Source: Aplysia californica (taxonomy: Eukaryota). From it: a stretch of 64,000 nt of DNA. This document shows, piece by piece, positions 44,084 to 56,000 of this stretch. Location: positions 203,428 to 267,427 of the forward strand of contig NW_004797598.1 in assembly GCF_000002075.1 (NCBI RefSeq), written 5' to 3'. Position 1 is the first letter of the stretch. Every line of letters begins with the position of its first letter. A model generated the notes under the pieces. The model did not search any database, had not been told where the DNA came from, and saw nothing but the letters and a program-made list of their open reading frames with translations. The position numbers were made by a program, and so were the translations under genes.

Positions 44084-47000
44084 GTGAGTATCTTTATTCA
44101 GTTGCTGTACTTTTCAGATATATATTGCAATAATTTTTAAGCATTATTAAAGTATATTTTAGAAAATACCATACACATCCTGAGATCGTCTACAGCATGA
44201 CCTTAATTAAATACAGTATACTTGGCTCAAAACCTTTTTCGTCGGTTGGATGTGTCTGGGGTGAATTTCTGGAATGCTAGAGGGGGCTCAACATAAGTGG
44301 AATCAAGTACAGCACTGTTTGGGCATCAGATAGTGTGTGACCTTCTGGAATTATTGGTTGTTACACTGTGAGACTGGAGTTTGTTGTATGTGTTGTGATA
44401 AAAAAAAGGCGTAATAAGCTAATCATTTGAGACTTTGTTCCAGCCTGCAGTTTTTAGCCAAGTATGAATATAATTCTTCATTGTTTTTGTTGGGATTTTG
44501 TTTGTTATAAGTCAGTCTATTCTACTTTCGCAGAGTAAAAAGAAACTGAACAGTGTTTTGTGTTATTGTCAGTTATTGTATTTTTAATTATGTCATCATA
44601 GTCTGCCATACTTAATAATGAAGAAATGTGTGAATTGTGCGTCTTAATTTTATTTTTTCGTTCTCGTTATTAGCTTTGACATCACTGTTGCATAGCCGCT
44701 TATTTTTTTCTATGTGTTTGTGCGTGTATTTCCAGCTGGAAAAAGTGGAGATAACCTTTGATGATGGCAGTACAACTATGAACTTTTCCGAAGCCGCCTT
44801 GCTGATTCAAGGCTCTGCAGGAGTGTATGCGAAAAAGGTAAGTTTTGATTTTCTCTAGTGTTCTGTTATCTCAAGAGGACAGGTTCTTAAATGATATCTT
44901 TTAATATTGCAATAGGCTTGCCAGCTGTCCCGCATTTCCAGGAACTGTCCTGTATTCAACGATTGGGAATTTGAGAGGTTTCTTATTATGTATCACGCAT
45001 ATATATATATACACTACATGAAAACCCCAGTTCCGCTTGATGTAATGTTGTACATAGTTACATAGTCTGATGTCATAATGTAGGATGTCCCTGACTGGGT
45101 GTTGAACAAGTTGACAGGCCAGGTATTATATGTGAGGCAGCATGGTGAAATTAGGTGCTCGTTAAAATAATTAAAATGAGGAAATAAGCATTTTTCCACT
45201 GGTTTGGCAATTTTTATAGAAATTTTTTTTTTCGGTTCAACTCTTTTTGTGTCCTTTTAAAATCACCTTTTATTTCTGTGTAGATTTTACTGAAAAACGA
45301 TTAAATGCTCTAAAAATGTAAATTGTAAGTTTCCAAGTACTCTCAAGGAAAGTTATGGAGTTCACCAAACTCTGGCGGTCACTGTCTCACTAATTTTACC
45401 TCTGAAACCGGCCAACCCCCNNNNNNNNNNNNNNNNNNNNNNNNNNNNNNNNNNNNNNNNNNNNNNNNNNNNNNNNNNNNNNNNNNNNNNNNNNNNNNNN
45501 NNNNNNNNNNNNNNNNNNNNNNNNNNNNNNNNNNNNNNNNNNNCCCCCCTTCAATCAGGATTGTCTCAACTTCTGTTCAAGATAATGGATATTTTTTTCA
45601 TCATAGAAAAATGAACGAGCTTGAAGGTGATATCAATTACTTCACAAATGTTTTAAAAAACGCACGATGGGGGTAAGGGACGTGGCTGTTCCTGCAGGTT
45701 ATTATGTTATTGAAGTGCAATTAGAGCAGGTTTGACTATATTCCACGTCAGTGCAGTATTCAGTTCTAATATCGAATTAACGGTCCTTTTCTTTTTGCAG
45801 TATTTATAGGTTATCAGTCCCTACCATAAATCAGTGTCGGTATAGAATGTTAATTGGAATGCCTTTTGTACTTTTCATCTTATTACAGGTAGAATATTTG
45901 TATGGGCTAGTGTTTCAAGTTCTTGACCTGGTGACTCAGAAGAAGTAAGTACAAACCTTTACCCTGACTACACAATGTACCAGCTTTACATTTGTTTTTC
46001 GGGGGAGGGGGGGGGGGTGCAAGAAAACCATTTTTCAGTGGGGTTTGACAGTACCTTCTGTTTTAAAGCTTGCCCAACTGTGCAATAACTGCCTTGACAT
46101 ACACTTGAAATTGACCAAGACGGCCACCCATTGCCAAGGAGAAAAATGGTTATCTTAGGCAGATTTGGACAGTGTTGTTATAATTTAAAGGGGAAAAAAT
46201 GCAAGGGGGGAAGTGGTTGAAAACTCAAACTCACTTTGATAGGTGAATGTCTATGATGTGGTGGGCAGGCTGTTAAGTATTGACCTTTCATTGATACATT
46301 ATTAAATGTTTGGTGTAAAGTCGTTAAAGACTAAGTAGTGATTGTTGAGGTAATAGAAAATTTAAACTTTGTCGGTAGTTCTGATTTTTTTTATTTGGAC
46401 TTCAAGCAAATGAAATATATATTTCATGAAATTGATTTTTATTTTTTCCTCACTAGAAATGAACTTTTCTTTTCTGGAGAAAAAAAAATCTGGCATGATA
46501 ATTTTAATTTAGCTGAAAACACTATTTGTTTCCATTGTTACAACTATATTTTACTGTATCTTCTTTCCCAGGAAGCAGAAAAATAAATCCGGAGAAGAGG
46601 GAGAGGAGAATGGAGGGGAGGAGGACAATTTTGCTGATGACGATCAGGTAATTTAAAATTAGAGCCCGGCATGTATTAGTTCTTTATAAATGGTATCGAG
46701 CACTTTTCAGGATTATGTGCTTATAGTGAGTGCTTTCTAAACCTGTTGAGATTTTAGTTTTTTTCTTGCGATGTTGCCAAACTTCATGAATGAATGCACA
46801 TGATCATTTCATTGTTGTCTGTGTAGTTAACTTATGCTTTTCTTCCCCTTTTTCTTTTTTTTTTNNNNNNNNNNNNNNNNNNNNNNNNNNNNNNNNNNNN
46901 NNNNNNNNNNNNNNNNNNNNNNNNNNNNNNNNNNNNNNNNNNNNNNNNNNNNNNNNNNNNNNNNTTTTTTTTCATTTTTATAGTGTTTTGGGTAAAAAAG

Positions 47001-50000
47001 AAAATACCATTAGACTTCTGATTCTAGTGATCATTTCATTTTGAAACCTACTTTTTTAATGGAAAATTTTAGCCTTCTGTCATCTCCAGGGAGTGGGAAC
47101 TATTTTGAAATATTTTTTTTCCCATACTAATTACCTGTGTGATGGGGACCTGCTCTCTGTGTTTTTGTTTCTGGAACTTTTTTCTTTCTCCTGTTTCACC
47201 TAAAATAAAAAGCATGATTAATCTTTCTTTTTGTGGGTGGTTGGCCTGTGCTCTGGTATGGTTTGCTCCTTCTTTCCGATCAAACATCTAATGTCCTTAT
47301 CTCTCCTTCTTTTTTATGTTTCTTACTCTCTTGTAACACCTCTAATCTTTGACGCTTATATGACCTAATTGTATTGCTAGTGCCGTAAAACTCTTATTAA
47401 ATTTCTTTAAGAGATTTTTTTCCAGATTCATATTTTTTTTAAATAGAATATTACCGACTATACTATCCAGCATCAGGTAACTAAAATTTGAATGTTATAA
47501 TTGCAGCAAAAAAAATTTTTTTAATTACGGGAATGTTCATAACAGTCTGTGACGGACTTTGCTTTCAGTTCCTGCTGTTGGATGACATTGAAGAAACTGA
47601 AGGTTCTTACATGAAGGAAGTGGACACATCTACAAGCAAGGTATATTTATAGACCTGTTGTGTGGTCTCCCATTTTCAAAAAACGCTCTTTTTTTTTTTT
47701 TCGATACAGTTGTTTGAATGTTGCTGTTTTCAATTAAAATGCTCAGGAACAAAATATTGCTCTGTTTTTACTTCCTTACAGATGATGCTTCATATCGGCA
47801 ACTGTCGATCTATTGTTTGTGATGTCCTTGTCATGTGTTTATGACGATGACAGACCCGCCAAGTACTCCAATAAAATCGGAGCCCTCTGATTTTTATTTT
47901 ACCTATTGAGGAACTACAATTAGATTTGCAAAAAATCCCTTTTTTTAAAAAGAATTCCATTTCCCTAGGTCGTACGCAACTTATCGTAAATGACGTGAAA
48001 ATACATATTTTTATTTGCAACATAATTACTGTCATGTTTGGGGGNNNNNNNNNNNNNNNNNNNNNNNNNNNNNNNNNNNNNNNNNNNNNNNNNNNNNNNN
48101 NNNNNNNNNNNNNNNNNNNNNNNNNNNNNNNNNNNNNNNNNNNNNNNNNNNNNNNNNNNNNNNNNNNNNNNNNNNNNNNNNNNNNNNNNNNNNNNNNNNN
48201 NNNNNNNNNNNNNNNNNNNNNNNNNNNNNNNNNNNNNNNNNNNNNNNNNNNNNNNNNNNNNNNNNNNNNNNNNNNNNNNNNNNNNNNNNNNNNNNNNNNN
48301 NNNNNNNNNNNNNNNNNNNNNNNNNNNNNNNNNNNNNNNNNNNNNNNNNNNNNNNNNNNNNNNNNNNNNNNNNNNNNNNNNNNNNNNNNNNNNNNNNNNN
48401 NNNNNNNNNNNNNNNNNNNNNNNNNNNNNNNNNNNNNNNNNNNNNNNNNNNNNNNNNNNNNNNNNNNNNNNNNNNNNNNNNNNNNNNNNNNNNNNNNNNN
48501 NNNNNNNNNNNNNNNNNNNNNNNNNNNNNNNNNNNNNNNNNNNNNNNNNNNNNNNNNNNNNNNNNNNNNNNNNNNNNNNNNNNNNNNACCCACCCTTTCC
48601 CTGTATCTGTATCCTTTCAGCAACAAAGGAGAAGTGGTGGGCAACTACTTTGACTTCATCATCAACACGGGTCACACGGGCAAAGACAGCAGCCTGTCCT
48701 TGGAGCTAGGAGATCGGGCGCTTCTGGACATGGCAGCGATACATCAGAACAGACTGCAGGACTTGGGTGGGTCTTGTGGCTTGCCTGTCAAGGCCTTTGT
48801 CTTATAATAGTGTGGAATGGAGGGCTATATAAGTGCATTCAAATATTATTGTTGTTGCTGTTGTTATTTATTATTAGCATTGTTAGAATTTGTTGTGGCT
48901 TTTCATCCTTCTCCTCCTCCTCCTCCTCATCCTCCTCATCTTCTTCAGTTGGGGAGTGCAATGGTATGGTTTGCTTCTTCTTTCCTGTTAAACATCTGCC
49001 ATCCTTATCTACCCCCCCCCCCCCCTCTTTTCTCTGTATATTACTCAAATCTTTGGCGCTTGTGAAAGGAAGGAGCAAACCACATCACAGTATCCACCAA
49101 CCACCCACCCACCTACTTTATATTATGCCTATTTTGGCGTGGTCAAAGAGTAACCATATTATTAACGAGGTGTGATTGTCAAAAAGTTTGTTTCTATTCT
49201 TGTCTCGCCTTAATTTGTGCACCATAATGTTGGCCAAAACTGCCAGAGAACCGTCTCATGCTGAAGCCTCTTGTTGCAATGTTCTTTGTGTGGACCGTGG
49301 GTGGTTAGAGGGAGCCACTGGTCGATCTTACATCTTTTTTTTTCTGTCTGTCTGTTATTCCTGTCTGTGTCTCACATTTTCCTTGCTCTCAATGACCGTT
49401 ATTGTGTCAACGTGTTTATTTTTATTCAATACCAACATTTGTGTTTGTGGTTTCTTTTTTCAGCGGAAGAAGACCTCAGTGGTTGCAGAGGAGATTTTGC
49501 TCCGCCTGTGTCTGACGATGTGGAAATGGATGATCTCCCCTTACTCCCCGTGGACGATGGAGGTGATGCTGACATGGGAGACGATTGTGGAGGGCTGGAT
49601 GCGCCTGGTCAGAAATCTCAGTCTGCGGATGAGGTAGGAGCTCTTTTAGCTTTTCCATGAGTGTGTACGAAGAGTGTGTAGGCGTCTATTTGTTTAAGTC
49701 TTTGTTAGAGTGTATTAGCTGGTGTTGATGTGTCTTGTCTTCACTGTTGTCCTTATGTGTATTTAATTAATGTATGGCTGAGAAAATCCTTTCTTATATT
49801 GTTGAACCCAGAAAGTAAAATTTTTAAAGAGATAGGAAAAACTGTTTCATTCTTTTAAAAATTGCACCAACTTTATGAATCAAATCATGCTTTTTTTTCA
49901 ACTTTTAGAATGTGAAGTTTGTCAAAATATATTTTTTTCTCATGCAACCAATACCACTGATCTAAAAATTGCAATAAATTTTTTTTTTTTGGATTATCGG

Positions 50001-53000
50001 CCTAGTATATTTGAACAGTTGGTATGATGTCTGTCTCTCCTGCAGAGAAATGCTGCACTCCGAAAATCAAGAAGGAAACGAGTAACTTTTGCAAGACCAG
50101 AGCCAAAACAGGTTAGTATCCTCTTTGCTTATAATTATGTTTCGAATATATTGTTTTCAGGGTTTTCAAATTTGGGCAGTGCCAATTTCTAGGTCTTTGC
50201 AGTAATGTGTACGGAATTTTTTAAAAAAAAAATTTTTGTATTTTTAGTTGGATATCGGTAATGTTTTATTTAAAATGTTCTTAATTTACAATGGATTTCT
50301 CATAAAGTTCATTTTGTTAAAACAGATGATGTCATTTTTTCCTTGTTGAAGTTATGTTCCTGTATGCAAGGAACGACTTCTTTGATTTTAGTATCCCTAA
50401 AGGTTTTATTTTTGCTCCCCTTCTTTGTTTTCCGTGTTTCTTATCAAATTACATTTCTGTATACAGTTGGACACAGAAGACACAAGCACAGAAAACTGGA
50501 AATCATGGATAGCTCATGCAATTTGCAGTTCGGCGACTGAAATCTTTTCCATTTTTCAGTGTGGGTTCATCCAAATTGTGGATGTGTCAAACACATTTAT
50601 TATTCCCAGACATGTTTAACTTATCCGTGCCCGACTGTATTATTTTATCAGTCCAAATGCACTTGTGTCAGATTGCGTACAATCTTTCTGTTTTTCAGGT
50701 GTTCGATAAATGGGCTTTACTGGATCCACATGACAAAGGCAAAGCTGCTGAAAAGCCTTTAAAGAAAAGTAGGTTGCATAATTTTGACCCTGTTACTGGC
50801 TTTCGAAGTGTAACAATAATTTTTCCCCTAGTCTTGTGCAAGAAAAGATAGGTTTTGATTTGCACACAGAGAAGACTAAACAGAGTTTATGGTATAGCGG
50901 TTAGATGTTTCCCTGTTGCACGTCGGAGACCCTTAGTTCTAATCGCCTGTGGGGAGAACATTTTTATCACGTATCTCGATCTTTCTGCTGAGATATATCC
51001 CTCTCGGTCTCGGTTGGCCCTAGCAGGTAGAGTTGGAATCCCGCCTCATAAATTATCTAAATTGTGTTGATGGGGATGTAAAATCACCTACTTTTTTTGT
51101 TGTTAAATTAAAGATTATTTTATCAACTTGGCCTGCTTATTTCCCATCTGTCTCTTGGGGTGCAGCAACCCAAGTTGGTCTTGACGAACAGGTTCAGAAA
51201 AGCGTAGCCCACCTTCTCAATAGTCTTAAATTTTGTTGAGATTGGTTAATAATTAACCCCTTTCGTTGTCACATCATATCTTCCCGCTTTCTTGACCAGG
51301 AAATGAGTCCAGTCGAACCTGCTCTAATGACCACCTGTATAAGACAATCACGTGTACAAACAGCCACTTCCTATTTCCTCCCTTGCATATTTTTTTTCCC
51401 ATGGTAATGACAGTACATGAGATGTCCACCTGTCGAAGAGAACCACTTTTCTCCATGACAATGGGTGCTGGCCGTCTTAAACAATTTGTGGGTGGTTGGC
51501 GGGTGCTCTGGTGTGTTTGCTTTTTCTTTCCTATCAAACATCTATCATCCTTATCTCCCCTTATTTCGGCGACAAAAAAAAGACTTGATTATAACTGGAA
51601 GAAGATGTAACCTCTGAACGTAAGGTTTGCAGGATATAGAATATAGCCACTTTATTACTTGAAGAGACACTTCTTTATCTGCCTGATATTTTCTGGTTTT
51701 ATTATCTACGAGTACCTATAGTTCGTCAGTCTTTCTGAGTCGGTCTATCTATCTGTCTCTCTATTGATCGCTTTGTCCATAGCCTTTTCCGTGAATTTGT
51801 TGTTATTTTTTTTTTTCCATTCCAGAAATACCATATAAAATTCCAGCGGGCCTGGAAGATGATACGTCAAGAAAACGAAAAATAAAGGTTGAAATAAAGA
51901 AAGAGCTTCCACCGATAAATGAAGTGGTTGAAAAAAGTAAGTGACGTGGTAGATGTTGATACACCATGCCTTTCTGTTGGTTTTATGTTTTTGTTTGTTT
52001 TGTTTTGGGGTTTCTTTGTTTGGGGGGGGGGGGGGGGGGGATTAGTTTTTTTGGGGGGTGAGTGTTTTTTTTGGTTTTTGGAAAAAATGCCGCTGAGTGA
52101 GACTTGAACCAATTAAGAGTTGATATTGGATTATTTTCAGACAAACTGTTCATATTGTAATGGTTTTATACAAATTGGGAATGTGAGGGTTTTTTAAAAA
52201 TGTATCTGATATTTGTGTCTGAGCAATATTTTTCAAATGTCCATAGTTTTGACTTGATCATGTTTGTTGAGGTAATTGAAAATATGGAAAAGTGAAATGT
52301 CTATTCTTTTAAATACTCAGTTGGGGTATGTGAGAAAAATAAGAGTTTGTGATCAAATTTTCCAGCTCTTCAAAATGATGGAAACATAAGAGGATGCATA
52401 ACGACATTTGTAATAGACAGAAAGTACATGTTTTAAGAAGGGACTAGAACTAAGAAACGCTAAGAAAATGGTGTGAGTGGGTGGATGACGGGTGCTCTGA
52501 TGTGGTTTGCTCCTTCTTTCCCATCGAACATCTATTGTCCTAATCTCTCCTCCTTTTTTTCTTTGCTTGTTACTCTCTAGTAACACATGATCTAATCTTT
52601 GACTCTTCTATGACCCGTTTATGTTGAAACTCACTAAAAACTTTACAAAATGGTATGATAATATAAAAGCTGTCTCCTTTTTTTTTTCCGTTCAGTGTTT
52701 TCCAACAGATCCAGTTTCCCAAAGAATCCCTTGAAAATTCCCGACTTCCCAGAGCTGGATGGAGCGTTTTGGAAAGAGTACAAACTCCGGGAAAAGATCA
52801 AGAAAGAGGAGATTAAGATGGTATGGGCAGTTTGTCGTTACGTAGTCGTCTACTGTGTTGAGGAATCAATTTTTACAATTTTTTGCCACTTAAATGTTGC
52901 AGTCTTTATAACTGTTTAATGAAAATTGTTCACAGTGTATTTAACTCTGTCTCTCCTCCCCCATCCCTCCTTCTTCCTGTCCCTGTCCCTCCTCCCTTTC

Positions 53001-56000
53001 CCCCTTCTCTCTCTGTCTCATTCACTCACACGCGCTCTCTCTGTCTCATTCACTAACACACACTTTGTTTCATTCACTCACTTACACTCTCTCACTCTCA
53101 TTCACTCACTCGCTCTTTCACTCATGTCGACTTTCACATAACAGCAGTATTTTTTATTGTCAACATGTTGTGTTTCTTCGTAGCTGAAAATGGAAGAACA
53201 ACTGGAGGAGCTAAGCCTTGAAGCTGAAGCGGAGGAAGAGCTCAGGGATGAAGAATTTCCTCATGGTCAGTACTGTAAATGATTTTTCTGTTTGTTTATT
53301 TTTTTTTGCTGTTGGTTTTTTTTTTTTTCCTCTTCTTGTTCTTTGGTACTTTTCCTTGAAAACAAGGAAGTTGCTAGGAATAGCAATAGCACAAGGTATT
53401 GCAAGATTATTTTAGCTCTTAGCACAAACTGTTGGTTGAAGGGGGGGTGGGTGGGGGAGGTGGTTATTCTTTGCCATGGATTTAGTTAGAGAAAATAACC
53501 GGTTTCATTGTGTGTGGAATACTTGATGCGGCCCTGACTCACCCAGACTCTACCTCCAACAGACCCTTCGTAATGTGAGTTTGATACCTCTGTTGGGTGG
53601 TTGGCAGGTTGCAGGTGCTTTAGTATTGTTTGCTCCTTTTTTCCTGTCAAATGTCTATCACCCTTATCTTTCCTTCTTTTTTTTCGTATGTTATTCTCTC
53701 GCAGCACATCTAATTTTGGGCACTTGTATGACCCATTTGTGTTTGCAAGGGCCATGAAACTCTTACTAAAAGTAAAACTGAGACCTCTGTTCTAATCCGT
53801 TCTTGCTGAAGGTGAAGGGTCGTTGTGCTGACTTGCCATAAACTCTGAACTCAAGCAGCCTCAATTCTCTGTCTGTAGAAGTTAAAGTGAATACTTTATT
53901 GATCAAATGCAATATGACTAATGCATGCCGTTTGTGTTACTAATCTATCTGCTTCTTCTTTCCTATCAAACATCTATCGTCCTAATCTCCGCTTCTTCTT
54001 TTTTATCTTTGATACTCTCTTTTAACACCTCTAATCTTCTGGCGCTCATATGACCTTATGCCATTGCGAGCGCCGTAAAACCTCTACTAAAACTGAAAAA
54101 CTAATCTATGTGTGCAGATGACCTTGACAATGCGGCTGACGATGATGAGATTCCGGTTATTCAGCTCGACACCGATGCGTTTGGATCTGACCTTGAACAT
54201 GGGCGACGTTTTATTAGCTCAGACATGGGTATGATTTTCCATGAGCATGCACACTACTGCTGCAACGTATGTGTTATCTTTAGAGGACAGTTCATATGCA
54301 AGCAGTTCTAATATTTCTGGAATTTTAGATTCTTCAGATTGTTTTTATAATTGTTTGAAATTAAACATTTTGTTATATGAGCAGCTTTGGCCCCGGAAAC
54401 CTCTACGTTAGGGAATGTGCCATTCATGTCATTGTTTAGCTTTTGATGCTCATATTTGTTCACTTCTGACTCTTTCTCCTGCTACTCCTGGCTCCTTCTT
54501 ACTGCTCTCTTTCAGACACATTCCTGATTTTAGGATAAGTAAGAACAGACACCTAGCCCTCTCAGATAAGAGAAAAAAATGTTGGAAGTCGTGTGTGCAA
54601 GTTGTGTACATTAAAGATCCCTTGGTGGTCAAAAAATGGAATAGGAGCAGGTTTCAGCTACTGCCCGGGCAAAATTCAAAATCAATTCCTACCGAAACTG
54701 AAAATACTCTAGCCAGTTATAGAGAGTACGTTTGAAATCAGAATGTGGCTATCTCAAGGCAAGGTGCCATACGAATTACGTAAAAGTCACACGCATAAAA
54801 ATCAGTTGTGTTGCTCGTTGAAGAACCAGCAGTCGACTTACCTATGAGTTTTAGCAGGGGAATACGCAAAGAAGGAGAAGATTGCCTGATAGATTTCTTT
54901 CTTGCAGGTTATCAGACAGGATTCTCTGACGACATCACTCTGAGCTATGAAGAGCTGGTCAGAAGACATGTTGTAAGTTTTGTTTGAGTTTTAACTGATT
55001 TGGAAAAGTCCTAGTACTTTATGTGAGCTTGTTAAATATGCGAGAGCAACTTGTACTTTGTCACCACTATTTGTCTCAGAGTTTAAAAGATTAAACTTAC
55101 AGTGAATGGTATTCTGACATTTTCAGATTTGTAAGTAAATTCAGGGGTTGAGTAAAGGCCTGTTATTACTTATCATAGGTATGTGTATTATTGTTCAGCG
55201 AGTTGTGGATATTTTTTCATGTTTTAGCGCAGTATTCCACAGGTGCTCACTTAGGCAAGCTTGAAAATTCTTGATGGATTTTTTTTTTCTTAGTACATAT
55301 AGTAACAAATGTTAACATAGAATAAAGTTCATCTTTCATGTGGGTTTCACAGGCTATTCAGAGCTCAGAACTACCTGGTTCTCATTAATTTTTCATTGAC
55401 ATTTATTTAAACAGCAAGATAGAGGTAGGAAAAAGTAGGGTGCTACTAATTCTGTTTTTCCATTTGGACAGTTCTAACCACATTGTCTCTGATGTTCTTC
55501 CATACAGGAGCAGTTTTTAGCCAGTGCCAGTGAATATGCGCAGCTGACAGATTTATCTAAAAAAGTATCCGAATGGGAGGAGAAAATTAAGCCACGACTG
55601 GAGGAAGAGGTAGGTTCCTTTTAGGTGAATTCTAAAAAATTGGCAAGGTTCCATTTTGTTCTTAATGATGATAAGGGAGTGCTTATTTGGGCTACATGTA
55701 TCCCAAATAAGAAATTAACCCCTCCACCCTAGCCCAGATTGGAAATTAACCCCTCCATCCACCTTATTTGGGCTACCCTTTCTTGCAAACGTAATTGATC
55801 TCTAGATAACAAGAGTTAAGTTACGATTTTTCTTTCCCAGTTTGGCTTATTTGTCGTTCGGTTTAGTTTTATCTCTGTGCTCAACAACAGTATACCACTA
55901 CCAGCGTATAAATTATAATTTCGTATAACAGATATTCTAGAAAATGGACTGACAGTCTCCTGTTTTGTCCCAAAGTTTACTGGTATAACAATAGTAACTT

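Noticed and set aside
7261-48044. Poly-G/C or simple repeats at most gap edges
   Set aside because: This is expected short-read assembly behaviour rather than biology.
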